From an uncultured delta proteobacterium (GTDB lineage Bacteria > Bdellovibrionota > FAC87 > UBA2466), in NCBI GenBank assembly GCA_963778115.1, contig CAVZSV010000005.1:320001-384000 (forward strand): a DNA stretch of 64,000 bases, in the 5' to 3' direction. The notes under the pieces were generated by a model that was not told the origin of the DNA, made no database searches, and worked only from the letters and a program-made list of their open reading frames with translations. A program made the translations under genes and the position numbers. The stretch's first letter is position 1, and the number at the start of each line of letters is the position of its first letter. This document shows, one piece after another, positions 29,514 to 38,196 of this stretch.

Positions 29514-32500
29514 ATGGGAAATTACCGCACGCTACTTCTTTTCGTCGTAGCCGTCGTCTATTCGGGTCTAGCAGGAGCGGCAACGGTCCGCACTGCGGGT
29601 TTCAAGAATAACCCAAACGTCTTTAACGTCGTCGCTAATCAACCCTTTACGGTAGATTTGGATACCCTGCTTGCGGGTCCCGCCGAGGGAACGCTGACTT
29701 GGGCGCCGGCAGGCGCTACTCCCGTCCCGACATGGCTGACGCTTAACTCCACCACTCATACTCTTTCCGGAACCCCAGGGGTAGCCAACGAAGGCACGGT
29801 TACTTTCTCAATTTCTGTCGACGATTCCGCAACCCCTGAACAAGCAGCCATCGGAGTTTTTCAATTTAACGTCGCAGCTCCTTACGCTCCTCCGGCATGG
29901 TTACAAAATCCCATCAAGTTCACCGCGGATGCAGGCACCCTCTTTAGTGCTTCGATTGCAGCCGACGCCAAAGATCCGCAGGCATTAACTTTGACGTTTG
30001 CCTTGGGTACCGGAGGCCCTTCATGGCTTTCAATGGATTCGAGCGGAAATTTAACGGGAACTCCAGCGGCTTCTAATCTAGGCGCTAACAACTATACGGT
30101 CACCGTCACCGACTCGGCGGGACTCAGCGCTCAAGCATCGTTAGTGGTCACTGTCATTGGTCCTCCCACCTGGGTAGTAAATCCCATTACCTTTAACGGC
30201 ACCGCCAATGTCGCGTTCACAGCCTCTATCGCGGCCGATGCCAAAGATCCGCAAGGACTCGCACTGACATACACTTTGGCTAGCGGTGGCCCTTCGTGGC
30301 TCTCGATGACTTCGGCCGGAGCTCTCAGTGGAACTCCAACATCGTCTAATCTGGGAGCAAACAACTTCACCGTCACCGCCACCAATGCGGCAGGACTTAG
30401 CGCCCAAGCGTCGTTGGTGATAAGGGTAAGTGCGCCTCCCCAATGGACCGTCAATCCAATTACGTTTACGGCGACGGCGGGAAGCCCCTTTACCGCCTCC
30501 ATTGCCGCGGATGCCAAAGATCCCGCGGGGCTTAACTTAAGTTTCTCTTTAAATAGCGGAGGCCCCGCGTGGCTTTCGATGGATTCCAGCGGAAATTTAA
30601 CGGGAACTCCAGCGGTCGCCAATCTTGGGGCCAATAATTACACGGTCACCGTCACCAATGCGGCAGGACTTAGCGCTCAAGCATCGTTAGTAGTAACTGT
30701 CGTTGCCCCCCCCAGTTGGTTACAAAATCCCATTCAATTTACCGCGGACGCCACGGTTCCTTTTAGCGCCTCCATTGCCGCGGATGCTAAAGATCCCGCG
30801 GGACTGCCCCTTACCTTCACACTTTCCGGCGGACCCGCTTGGCTTAGCATGGATTCCAAAGGAGATCTTACGGGGACCCCAGCGCTTACGGACGCAGGAG
30901 CTAATACGTATACGGTTACCGCAACCAACAGCGACGGGTTGAGTGCAAACGCCTCTTTGATCGTGACGGTGGTTATCGTCCCTCAAACCCCGCTTTGGCT
31001 CAAGAACCCAATCCTATTTACGGCAGTCGCGGGTATTCCGTTTAGCGCGACCATCGCCACCGACGCCAAAGATCCTGTAGGACTTCCTCTTTCGTTCTCT
31101 CTGTCTCCTGGAGGACCCGCATGGCTGTCGATGGATACGCTGGGAAATTTATCCGGGGTTCCCACAGCCGCAACCCCCGGGCCTAATCAATATTCTGTCA
31201 CCGTCGTTAACAGCGCTGGGCTAAGTGCTAGTGCGACCCTCATTATCACGGTCACAGCACCTCCGGTTTGGTTGCAAAATCCGATTAGTCTGAACGCTTA
31301 TACCAATGTTGCTTTCGCGGCTTCTATCGCTAACGATGCGAAAGATCCGCAAGGACTGCCTCTTACTTTTTCGCTAGCAAGTGGGGGACCGGCGTGGCTT
31401 AAGATGGATGCCTCCGGAAATTTATCGGGAACGCCTCTTGCCGCGAATGTCGGGCTCAATACCTACACCGTCACGGTAACGGACAGTGCGGGACTTACGG
31501 CATCTGCGACGTTGAATATTACGGTTTATGGAAGCCCCATTTGGCTGCAAAATCCGATCACCTTTACGACGATAGCAACACTTCCCTTTACGGCATCGAT
31601 TGCTGCGGACGCTAAAGATCCCCAGGGTTCGACACTTACCTTCACCCTTTCCGCAGGCCCCGCCTGGCTTTCCATGGATAGCCTTGGAAATTTGAAAGGG
31701 ACACCGGCGATGTCCAACCTGGGGGCAAATACCTATACGGTCACGGTCAAAAATGTCGCGGGCCTAACCGCCACGGCGACATTAGTCGTCACGGTAAACG
31801 CTTCGACCCAACCTCCCGTATGGCTGAAAAATCCAATCACCTTCACAACGACAGCGGCCCAGCCTTTCAGCGCTTCTATTGGTAGCGACGCCAAAGATCC
31901 CTTGGGACTCGCGCTCACTTTCTCGCTAGCAACCGGAGGGCCGGCATGGCTGTCCATGGACAATCAAGGGAATCTAAGTGGAACGCCGGCCCGATCCAAC
32001 GTGGGCGCCAATAATTACACGGTCACCGTCACCAATGCGGCGGGATTGAGCGCTCAGGCAAGTCTGGTGATTACGGTTATCCAGCCCACCAACACTCAGA
32101 CGGTACAGGTCGACTCCGCTGTCCCCGGTGCTCCTATCGAACTGCTGTGGAACGTGGACTATCCTCAACAATGTGATGAAGGGCCGCAAAATTTCAAAGC
32201 CAATGTGCAATACTTCTTTGATGCTTTGAACACCGCCCAAATTCACGATTCGGGAGTGCTCATCTCCAGTGACGCCAAAATGTTTGACGGCGTCCCGATG
32301 ACCTCTCCCACGACGGGAATGCTAATGCTCTGGAGCGATCCTAATTTGGCAACCACGTTTGGAGCCTTATTTGATCTCTCCTATAGCGGGGGCGATTGCA
32401 GCGATTGTGACAACTCACCTATCTGGTCGATGCAACGGTTCACCGATCATCTGCCAACGCTAAGTATCAACCAAAACGGATATAACGTGACGGGGGTTCC

Positions 32501-33080
32501 TATCGACTCTTTGGTCTTCACAGAGAGGGCCGATAACTATCCGCACTATACCGCACAAAACGCGACCTACAAGAACTATACACCGACCGATTTTGCGAAC
32601 GAGTTTGTCAGCTACTTCGACAAATCGCAGAAGGCCCTTCGCATCAATGCGCTGACTCCGCAGTGCTTAGACTGCGACGATACCAAGCCCGAGGCTAAAA
32701 AAGCAAAATCCAATTCACTGGTAACCGCCAAAGACACGGGAACTGAGGCCTATCAGGCGTTAGTGACGGTAACAAAGGGAACTTACTATACGGAAGCCTG
32801 CGACATGGATTGGGAACAGATGTTCCAAGACTATGCGCAAAAGGTTATCACCCGAGCCTATATCGATGCGAAGAGGGTCATCCCCCTCACCAAAGTGCCG
32901 TATGATCCCACCAAGATCGTAGTAACCTTAGGGACAACGGTACTTACGGGCAACACCGGAAGTCCGGCAGACCTGTGGACCTACGACGCCACTCAAAATG
33001 CGGTCATCATCAACTGGTCGCTTATTGACGATACTCAGATCGCGGCAGGGACGATGTTGACGATTACGTATCCGATATAG
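29514..33080 (+). CDS. Large surface adhesin with putative Ig (He_PIG/cadherin-like) repeats and a C-terminal vWA-like domain
   Basis: GGGGGAGG RBS before ATG 29514, signal peptide, 1 divergent plus 8 conserved ~91-aa repeats (PxWLxNPI...DAKDP...GPxWLSMD..GNLxGTP...YTVTVT). Confidence 0.85.
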   Translation: MGNYRTLLLFVVAVVYSGLAGAATVRTAGFKNNPNVFNVVANQPFTVDLDTLLAGPAEGTLTWAPAGATPVPTWLTLNSTTHTLSGTPGVANEGTVTFSISVDDSATPEQAAIGVFQFNVAAPYAPPAWLQNPIKFTADAGTLFSASIAADAKDPQALTLTFALGTGGPSWLSMDSSGNLTGTPAASNLGANNYTVTVTDSAGLSAQASLVVTVIGPPTWVVNPITFNGTANVAFTASIAADAKDPQGLALTYTLASGGPSWLSMTSAGALSGTPTSSNLGANNFTVTATNAAGLSAQASLVIRVSAPPQWTVNPITFTATAGSPFTASIAADAKDPAGLNLSFSLNSGGPAWLSMDSSGNLTGTPAVANLGANNYTVTVTNAAGLSAQASLVVTVVAPPSWLQNPIQFTADATVPFSASIAADAKDPAGLPLTFTLSGGPAWLSMDSKGDLTGTPALTDAGANTYTVTATNSDGLSANASLIVTVVIVPQTPLWLKNPILFTAVAGIPFSATIATDAKDPVGLPLSFSLSPGGPAWLSMDTLGNLSGVPTAATPGPNQYSVTVVNSAGLSASATLIITVTAPPVWLQNPISLNAYTNVAFAASIANDAKDPQGLPLTFSLASGGPAWLKMDASGNLSGTPLAANVGLNTYTVTVTDSAGLTASATLNITVYGSPIWLQNPITFTTIATLPFTASIAADAKDPQGSTLTFTLSAGPAWLSMDSLGNLKGTPAMSNLGANTYTVTVKNVAGLTATATLVVTVNASTQPPVWLKNPITFTTTAAQPFSASIGSDAKDPLGLALTFSLATGGPAWLSMDNQGNLSGTPARSNVGANNYTVTVTNAAGLSAQASLVITVIQPTNTQTVQVDSAVPGAPIELLWNVDYPQQCDEGPQNFKANVQYFFDALNTAQIHDSGVLISSDAKMFDGVPMTSPTTGMLMLWSDPNLATTFGALFDLSYSGGDCSDCDNSPIWSMQRFTDHLPTLSINQNGYNVTGVPIDSLVFTERADNYPHYTAQNATYKNYTPTDFANEFVSYFDKSQKALRINALTPQCLDCDDTKPEAKKAKSNSLVTAKDTGTEAYQALVTVTKGTYYTEACDMDWEQMFQDYAQKVITRAYIDAKRVIPLTKVPYDPTKIVVTLGTTVLTGNTGSPADLWTYDATQNAVIINWSLIDDTQIAAGTMLTITYPI
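29889..32080 (+). repeat. Eight tandem ~273-bp coding repeats
   Basis: Recurring DNA blocks such as 'gccaaagatcc' and 'atggatt..agcggaaatttaacgggaactccagcgg'. Confidence 0.9.
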
Positions 33081-33255
33081 CTTCCCTCTGTCATTGCTGT
33101 GAGCCCGAAAGGCGAGGCGGCAACTGACGATCATAATCTGCACGGCCGCCTTTAGCCACCGCACGTCCAGGCTGCGTAATCTTTTCGCATCCTGCGCTAC
33201 CTTCGACTATGGGGGACCTATTTCTATTTCCCCAAAGCTTTGATACAACCCCGCC

Positions 33256-35361
33256 GTGCGTAAATCGGCCATCATCTTCGCTTTACTCCTTCAAATCGCT
33301 CTTTTTACCTTCCTCCTCAAAGACCAAGCCCTCTACGACGGCCCCTTCAAAAACGATCTTCATGGCCACGAAACCTACGTCTCTCTTTTTAAAACGTATT
33401 GGGCAAAAGGCTCCCTAGGGTTAGACGCTTGGGATAATCAATGTTGTTTTGGAGCCCCTGTCTTTCGCACATACCAACACCTAAGCCATATGGGGACGGC
33501 CTTGCTTTCTCAACTCACCGGCCTCTCCGTTTCACGATCGCTGAACCTTGTTCTCTGTTTTTTTTTGATTCTTCATGGACTGTCTTTTTTTCTCGCAGGC
33601 CGAATCCTAAGACTTCCGGATGCTATTTCCGTACTGGCGGCTTGGCTTTCCCCATTTATCGTCGATATCGTAACTTTTGGCCATCAGTCGTCAAGTTATC
33701 TCTACAACGGCTATGGAGTGTTTACGCAGGCCGTAGGGCTTCCCTTTTTTGTGGTTACCATTGCAGGTATCACAAGACTTGTAGATTCCCCCTCTAGCCG
33801 TATTTGGGCGACGGTAACCGCACTGGGACTCTCTCTCACCTTTGCGCTCCATCTTTTTTTGGGAGACTTCGCCATCTGTCTTCTCACCATCCTGGGTGTG
33901 CTTGGCCTTTGTCAAAAGAGGCTTCGGCCTACCGACTTGCTTTTCGTATGGGGAATTCCGGCGCTGGCATTACTAGCTACTAACGGCTACCAACTACTGA
34001 GCATTTGGCAGGATCGACCTCTCATGCATGCGGTAGAATCCGTAGTCCCCCGAAAAACGCAAGGGTACGGACTTTGGTATGTAGGTGTTCACCTGATAAA
34101 CGGCGACCTTTTAGACGCCGGGAGATTTCCCCTATTTACATTGCTAATGTGGCTTGGCCTTTTTTCTTCTTGGAGAAAACGAGACCTCCCATTCCTGAGG
34201 GTCTGGGTAATCTGCTGGGTATTAGGAGTCCTTCTGCTTTCCGGGCGGCATACCTTTGGCCCCCTATTAGATATCTTGCCTGGGATCTATTACGTTCACC
34301 TGGAACGAGCCGCTATTTTGATCGAAATCTCAAGCGTGTTTTTAGCTTCAGCCGGAACCTACTGGTTAGTCACTCTTTTCCCAAGACAACAAATTAGCGG
34401 AACATTGCTTGCCGTTGCTATCGTAAGCTATCTTTGCATCGCACCCCTTCGGGACTACAGGGAAAATAGGCGATCGGTTCTGGCCCAAAGTAAGAGTAAC
34501 TTAACGATTGATACCGAACTCCTTAGTGTGGCCCAACAACAGCCCGGCTATTTCTGGAGCAGGTATCTCAATGGAGAAAGCGCTAAGCAACGAATGTCAG
34601 TGGGAGAGATCCCGTACTGCTATGTCGCCTCTCACTTTAATCTGGCTCAGCTCGTTCGCCGCACTCACACCATGACCTTTCCCTCGCAGATGGTGTATTT
34701 TTTTGACTACAAGAACCCTGCTCATTACTCTATTTTTAATATTGCGACGGTAGGAGAAAAGGACAGCGCGACTTTAGATCTTGCCTTTCTTAGACCCCTA
34801 TATAGAGGTAACGGTCTTACTCTTTGGGCTACCCCTTCTTTGGGCTGGTTCGAGCTTGTCGGAATAGCCCTTTCGCAAATAATTCCCCAATCCTCGAGTT
34901 ACGTGAACGCCATCGATCAGTGGCTTACCGCAAATCCTTCGGCTGATAGCTATGCCGCTATTGTCCCCGAAGCGATTGCGCGTGCTTTTGCTTCGGCGGT
35001 TCCAAAGGCAATAAGCAAAAGAGTGGAGGGAAAGGTCCTCTCGCAAGGGGCAACTGATCTAAATACTTTTAGTGCCAAGATACAAACGTCAGAGGCGGGT
35101 ACGGCCGTTTTCAAAGCAGCCTACCACCCCGGCTGGCGGATCGAGGAAAATGGGAAAAGGGTCACGCCCACTTGGGTGGGTCTAGGCTTTATGGCCTTTC
35201 CGGTCGAGAAAGGAATTAACCGAATCGCATTTCACTTCACAGAAGATCCGGTTCGCGCCTTTCTCTTTTGGGTCGCGATAGTCAGTTATTCGCTTTTGGT
35301 GGGACTCGTCTGCTGGTTAATCGCTCTTGATAAGAGCGGGATAAGAAGACCGCCCACATAA
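33256..35361 (+). CDS. YfhO-like GT-C-type membrane protein
   Basis: 'WDNQCCFGAPVFRTYQ', many TM segments, C-terminal 'YHPGWRIEENG...GFMAFPVEKG'. Confidence 0.65.
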   Translation: MRKSAIIFALLLQIALFTFLLKDQALYDGPFKNDLHGHETYVSLFKTYWAKGSLGLDAWDNQCCFGAPVFRTYQHLSHMGTALLSQLTGLSVSRSLNLVLCFFLILHGLSFFLAGRILRLPDAISVLAAWLSPFIVDIVTFGHQSSSYLYNGYGVFTQAVGLPFFVVTIAGITRLVDSPSSRIWATVTALGLSLTFALHLFLGDFAICLLTILGVLGLCQKRLRPTDLLFVWGIPALALLATNGYQLLSIWQDRPLMHAVESVVPRKTQGYGLWYVGVHLINGDLLDAGRFPLFTLLMWLGLFSSWRKRDLPFLRVWVICWVLGVLLLSGRHTFGPLLDILPGIYYVHLERAAILIEISSVFLASAGTYWLVTLFPRQQISGTLLAVAIVSYLCIAPLRDYRENRRSVLAQSKSNLTIDTELLSVAQQQPGYFWSRYLNGESAKQRMSVGEIPYCYVASHFNLAQLVRRTHTMTFPSQMVYFFDYKNPAHYSIFNIATVGEKDSATLDLAFLRPLYRGNGLTLWATPSLGWFELVGIALSQIIPQSSSYVNAIDQWLTANPSADSYAAIVPEAIARAFASAVPKAISKRVEGKVLSQGATDLNTFSAKIQTSEAGTAVFKAAYHPGWRIEENGKRVTPTWVGLGFMAFPVEKGINRIAFHFTEDPVRAFLFWVAIVSYSLLVGLVCWLIALDKSGIRRPPT

Positions 35362-36494
35362 TGAGCGACAATAATCGCGATACCAATAGTTCCTAGATGG
35401 TTCATGAAATGGATAAGGGATTTCGTATCCCAGCCATAGACGTGCAAAAGCCTGTCGATATCTCCATTCTTGTCATCGCCGCCGTACAACATACTCCCTA
35501 CGGGAAGTCTAGCTGTCCCTCGGGCAATATCTTTCCATAACTGCCAGGAATCTAAAAACGCAAAGAAGGAAATAAGCGCCGCCGGAAACCGCCAAAAATC
35601 CCATCTTATTTTTCCCGGCAGAGGATAGTAAAAGGCAATTATTCCCAACGTACTTAAGTAGCATTGACCTAAAATCCCCCCGATGACAGAGAAGTGATCT
35701 TGCTGAAGTGACGAGATGCCAAAGGTCACCCAGGTTTGCAAAGTCATCCAACCCAAAGCAAGTAAGGGCACCGTCTTATTTTTTTCTCTTATTCCCCAGA
35801 AAAAAAGAGCAGAGCTCCCCACCCACCCCAAAACGTAGAGTCCCAGAGATCTTTGCGTAGAAAGCACGGTCTCTCCGATAAACAACGGCAAGGCAAAGCG
35901 GCTAGCGAGCCAATTGCTAACGGCATGGCCGAACTCATGAAAATTAAGTGAAATAAATAACCATAGAAAGGGACGAACGGAAGACTTCACCAATCCTAAA
36001 GCCACTACAAAAACTATAGGAAGCGTTAAAGCGTTGACCGCGGAATTGGGGTACGGCAATCCTTGGTCTTCCTCGTTGTCGACGGCAAGAAGCGGCGAAC
36101 AAGACGGCTTTTCTTTCGCTTTCCCTCCTTTGCGCAGGACTTGTAAGTGACGAATCTCATCGAGATCGTCTCTCTTAAGCCATATCCCCTGACAACAAGA
36201 GCAGTAGTTTACTTGCACCGTGGCCTCAAGCGCTAACGGTTCATAGGGCAACTGCTCAAGCCTTACCTTGGGACACTTGGGGCATTTCATCACCGTGGGG
36301 CGGGCCAAAATTAATGAGTGCGAGAGGTCGGGAAGGTCACTCTTACTACCTAGGTAAGTTCCAAGTTCTCTTTGGTCTAGCCACAGGTGACGACAGCCCG
36401 TACAGAACTTTACAAAGAGTCCCGGTTCCATTTCAAAATCGGGACTCACGGCCCCACAACCAGGACAATGAAACTGTGATTTGGGTACTTCCAT
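35286..36494 (-). CDS. Double zinc-ribbon (zf-TFIIB-like) protein fused to an M50-like membrane metallopeptidase domain
   Basis: CPGC/CTGC..WLD and CPKC/CSCC.GIWL ribbons, HEFGH in a TM region, distal 'NGDID'. Confidence 0.7.
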   Translation of the reverse strand: MEVPKSQFHCPGCGAVSPDFEMEPGLFVKFCTGCRHLWLDQRELGTYLGSKSDLPDLSHSLILARPTVMKCPKCPKVRLEQLPYEPLALEATVQVNYCSCCQGIWLKRDDLDEIRHLQVLRKGGKAKEKPSCSPLLAVDNEEDQGLPYPNSAVNALTLPIVFVVALGLVKSSVRPFLWLFISLNFHEFGHAVSNWLASRFALPLFIGETVLSTQRSLGLYVLGWVGSSALFFWGIREKNKTVPLLALGWMTLQTWVTFGISSLQQDHFSVIGGILGQCYLSTLGIIAFYYPLPGKIRWDFWRFPAALISFFAFLDSWQLWKDIARGTARLPVGSMLYGGDDKNGDIDRLLHVYGWDTKSLIHFMNHLGTIGIAIIVAHYVGGLLIPLLSRAINQQTSPTKSE

Positions 36495-36677
36495 CCATCC
36501 CCTCGAATTCCACAGAGAAAAAGGTCAGATACCTCATCGGAATTTCTACCAAAAACATAGATGGCCCGATGCATTATTTGATTACCGTTCAACTGGGAAA
36601 GGAGAGAGAGAAAAAAAAAGCGGCCCAAGCTATCATTCGCTCGAGCCGCTTAGATAATGAATCGATGCGCGCTTAGC

Positions 36678-36863
36678 CTAGACGGGGCCGGTACATTCAT
36701 CCACATGATCGCCGTGCACTCGGTGGTAATGACCATCGTGAAGGTAGTCGGTATGATCACCGTGCTTTACGGCCTTGTGACCGCAATTTTCCCCATGCTT
36801 ATGGGCGTGGCCTTCGTGTTTATCGCATTGACCTGACTGTTTTTGATTATTTGCATCACTCAT
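36678..36863 (-). CDS. Small His/Cys-rich metal-binding protein
   Basis: HEGHAHKHGENCGHKAVKHGDHTDYLHDGHYHRVHGDHVDEC, with an AGGAG RBS. Confidence 0.75.
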   Translation of the reverse strand: MSDANNQKQSGQCDKHEGHAHKHGENCGHKAVKHGDHTDYLHDGHYHRVHGDHVDECTGPV

Positions 36864-36955
36864 CTGGTACTCCTAAAAAATGGATTTCCCCCTATTGAAA
36901 ACCCGAGGGATCTATAGCCCCGGCCGACAGAGGAAGTCAAACGGGAGGCCCTAGC

Positions 36956-37936
36956 TCAGCTTACCGGAGGCTTCGTGGGAAAGGTGAAAACCGATCTTAG
37001 GTCTTTCATCGCAAGTCCCGGATAGGTAACCGAAGTCAGCTCCTTTTGCTTGCGCTCTTTCTTTCGATTCAGTGTCACCGACTCCAGCATGAGGTCAGCG
37101 GGAACCATCTCTCGGCATTTGCTACAGGATGCCATGGTTAATACCAACCCCGTCGGAGCGGCTGGCTGAGGATCACAGGAAGTAAATTCAGATACCCTTC
37201 CACTTTTAAGGACATCCAAAGTCTTTGGTTTCTCGCCGCCAAAATTTCCTAAAATCTCGAGAGCTTTCCAATTATGACAACGGCCGCAGTACGGAAAACG
37301 CGCCTGCTTGCGCAAGGTAATAAAAGCAATGCCCGCCACAATTCCTATTTCGATTAACCAATAAATATAGGTTCCCCAGTACCCCAGATTAATACCTTTG
37401 CGTCCGTGATTAGAGATGGAAACTCCTTCGTGGGCCAGATATTCGATGTAAGTAATAAAGCTCCTAGAGGCTTCGTAGGCGTCGTCCATCTCCTTAAACG
37501 CAACGCTATCTTCATCTCCTAGCGATTGCATAAAGGTAGCTTTCGCTTCAGGCGTATCTTCGAGATACGTCTTTAGTTGCGGATCGAGCGTTTCAAATTG
37601 TTTGGCAAATCGATAGTACGAAGAATAGTGCATGACGAACATGGCAAACAGCCCGCCCAAAAGGCCCGCTAGTGCCGCTAAAGAAGCATTTCTTATCTTG
37701 GACTGATGAATCACCTTTCCGCCAACAAAGCCAAGTGCGATTCCGATTCCGACAGGAAAGAGGATCACTAGATAAAACCACTGGCTGATATAGTCGGCAA
37801 TTAGCCCTAGCAGGGCCCCGGTAATGGCTAAAGCCCCTAAGAGCTGCACAATGCCCGCGGTTTCAAATCCATTATCGGGACGATAATTTGAGACCGGATA
37901 GACGGTATGGGAAACGGGAGAATCGGTATCAGCCAT
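36956..37936 (-). CDS. Membrane protein with C-terminal CxxC pairs
   Basis: 4 TM segments, CGRC and CSKC. Probable ATG at 37936 after GAAGGA. Confidence 0.7.
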   Translation of the reverse strand: MADTDSPVSHTVYPVSNYRPDNGFETAGIVQLLGALAITGALLGLIADYISQWFYLVILFPVGIGIALGFVGGKVIHQSKIRNASLAALAGLLGGLFAMFVMHYSSYYRFAKQFETLDPQLKTYLEDTPEAKATFMQSLGDEDSVAFKEMDDAYEASRSFITYIEYLAHEGVSISNHGRKGINLGYWGTYIYWLIEIGIVAGIAFITLRKQARFPYCGRCHNWKALEILGNFGGEKPKTLDVLKSGRVSEFTSCDPQPAAPTGLVLTMASCSKCREMVPADLMLESVTLNRKKERKQKELTSVTYPGLAMKDLRSVFTFPTKPPVS

Positions 37937-38196
37937 GGGAAATTTCCTTCGTGCCAATCGTTAGGTAATTATGACGGGTATAGCACAATTTCGTGACCCC
38001 GCCTTGTCTGGTTCTATCGGAATTTCGTAAGACTTCGCTTAGGGCTGTTTCAGACGATGGGAATACGCTAACCAGTCCGACAACTGGCTGCCAGTTTAGA
38101 CACTAAGATCAATGGCCTTCCCTAATTTAACGTGGAGAAACGCTGGTACTACGCTTGCAGAGAGAAGCCAGCGGAACTTTTGCTGTGAAAGGCCAC

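Noticed and set aside
29889..32080. Regularly spaced DNA repeats as a possible CRISPR array
   Set aside because: The period is ~273 bp, in frame within a protein, with degenerate third positions and no cas genes.
33088..33135. GAAA and CTGACGA motifs after the adhesin gene, suggesting a hammerhead ribozyme
   Set aside because: Only 13 nt separate the motifs, too few for stems I and III. It is more simply an imperfect hairpin or terminator.
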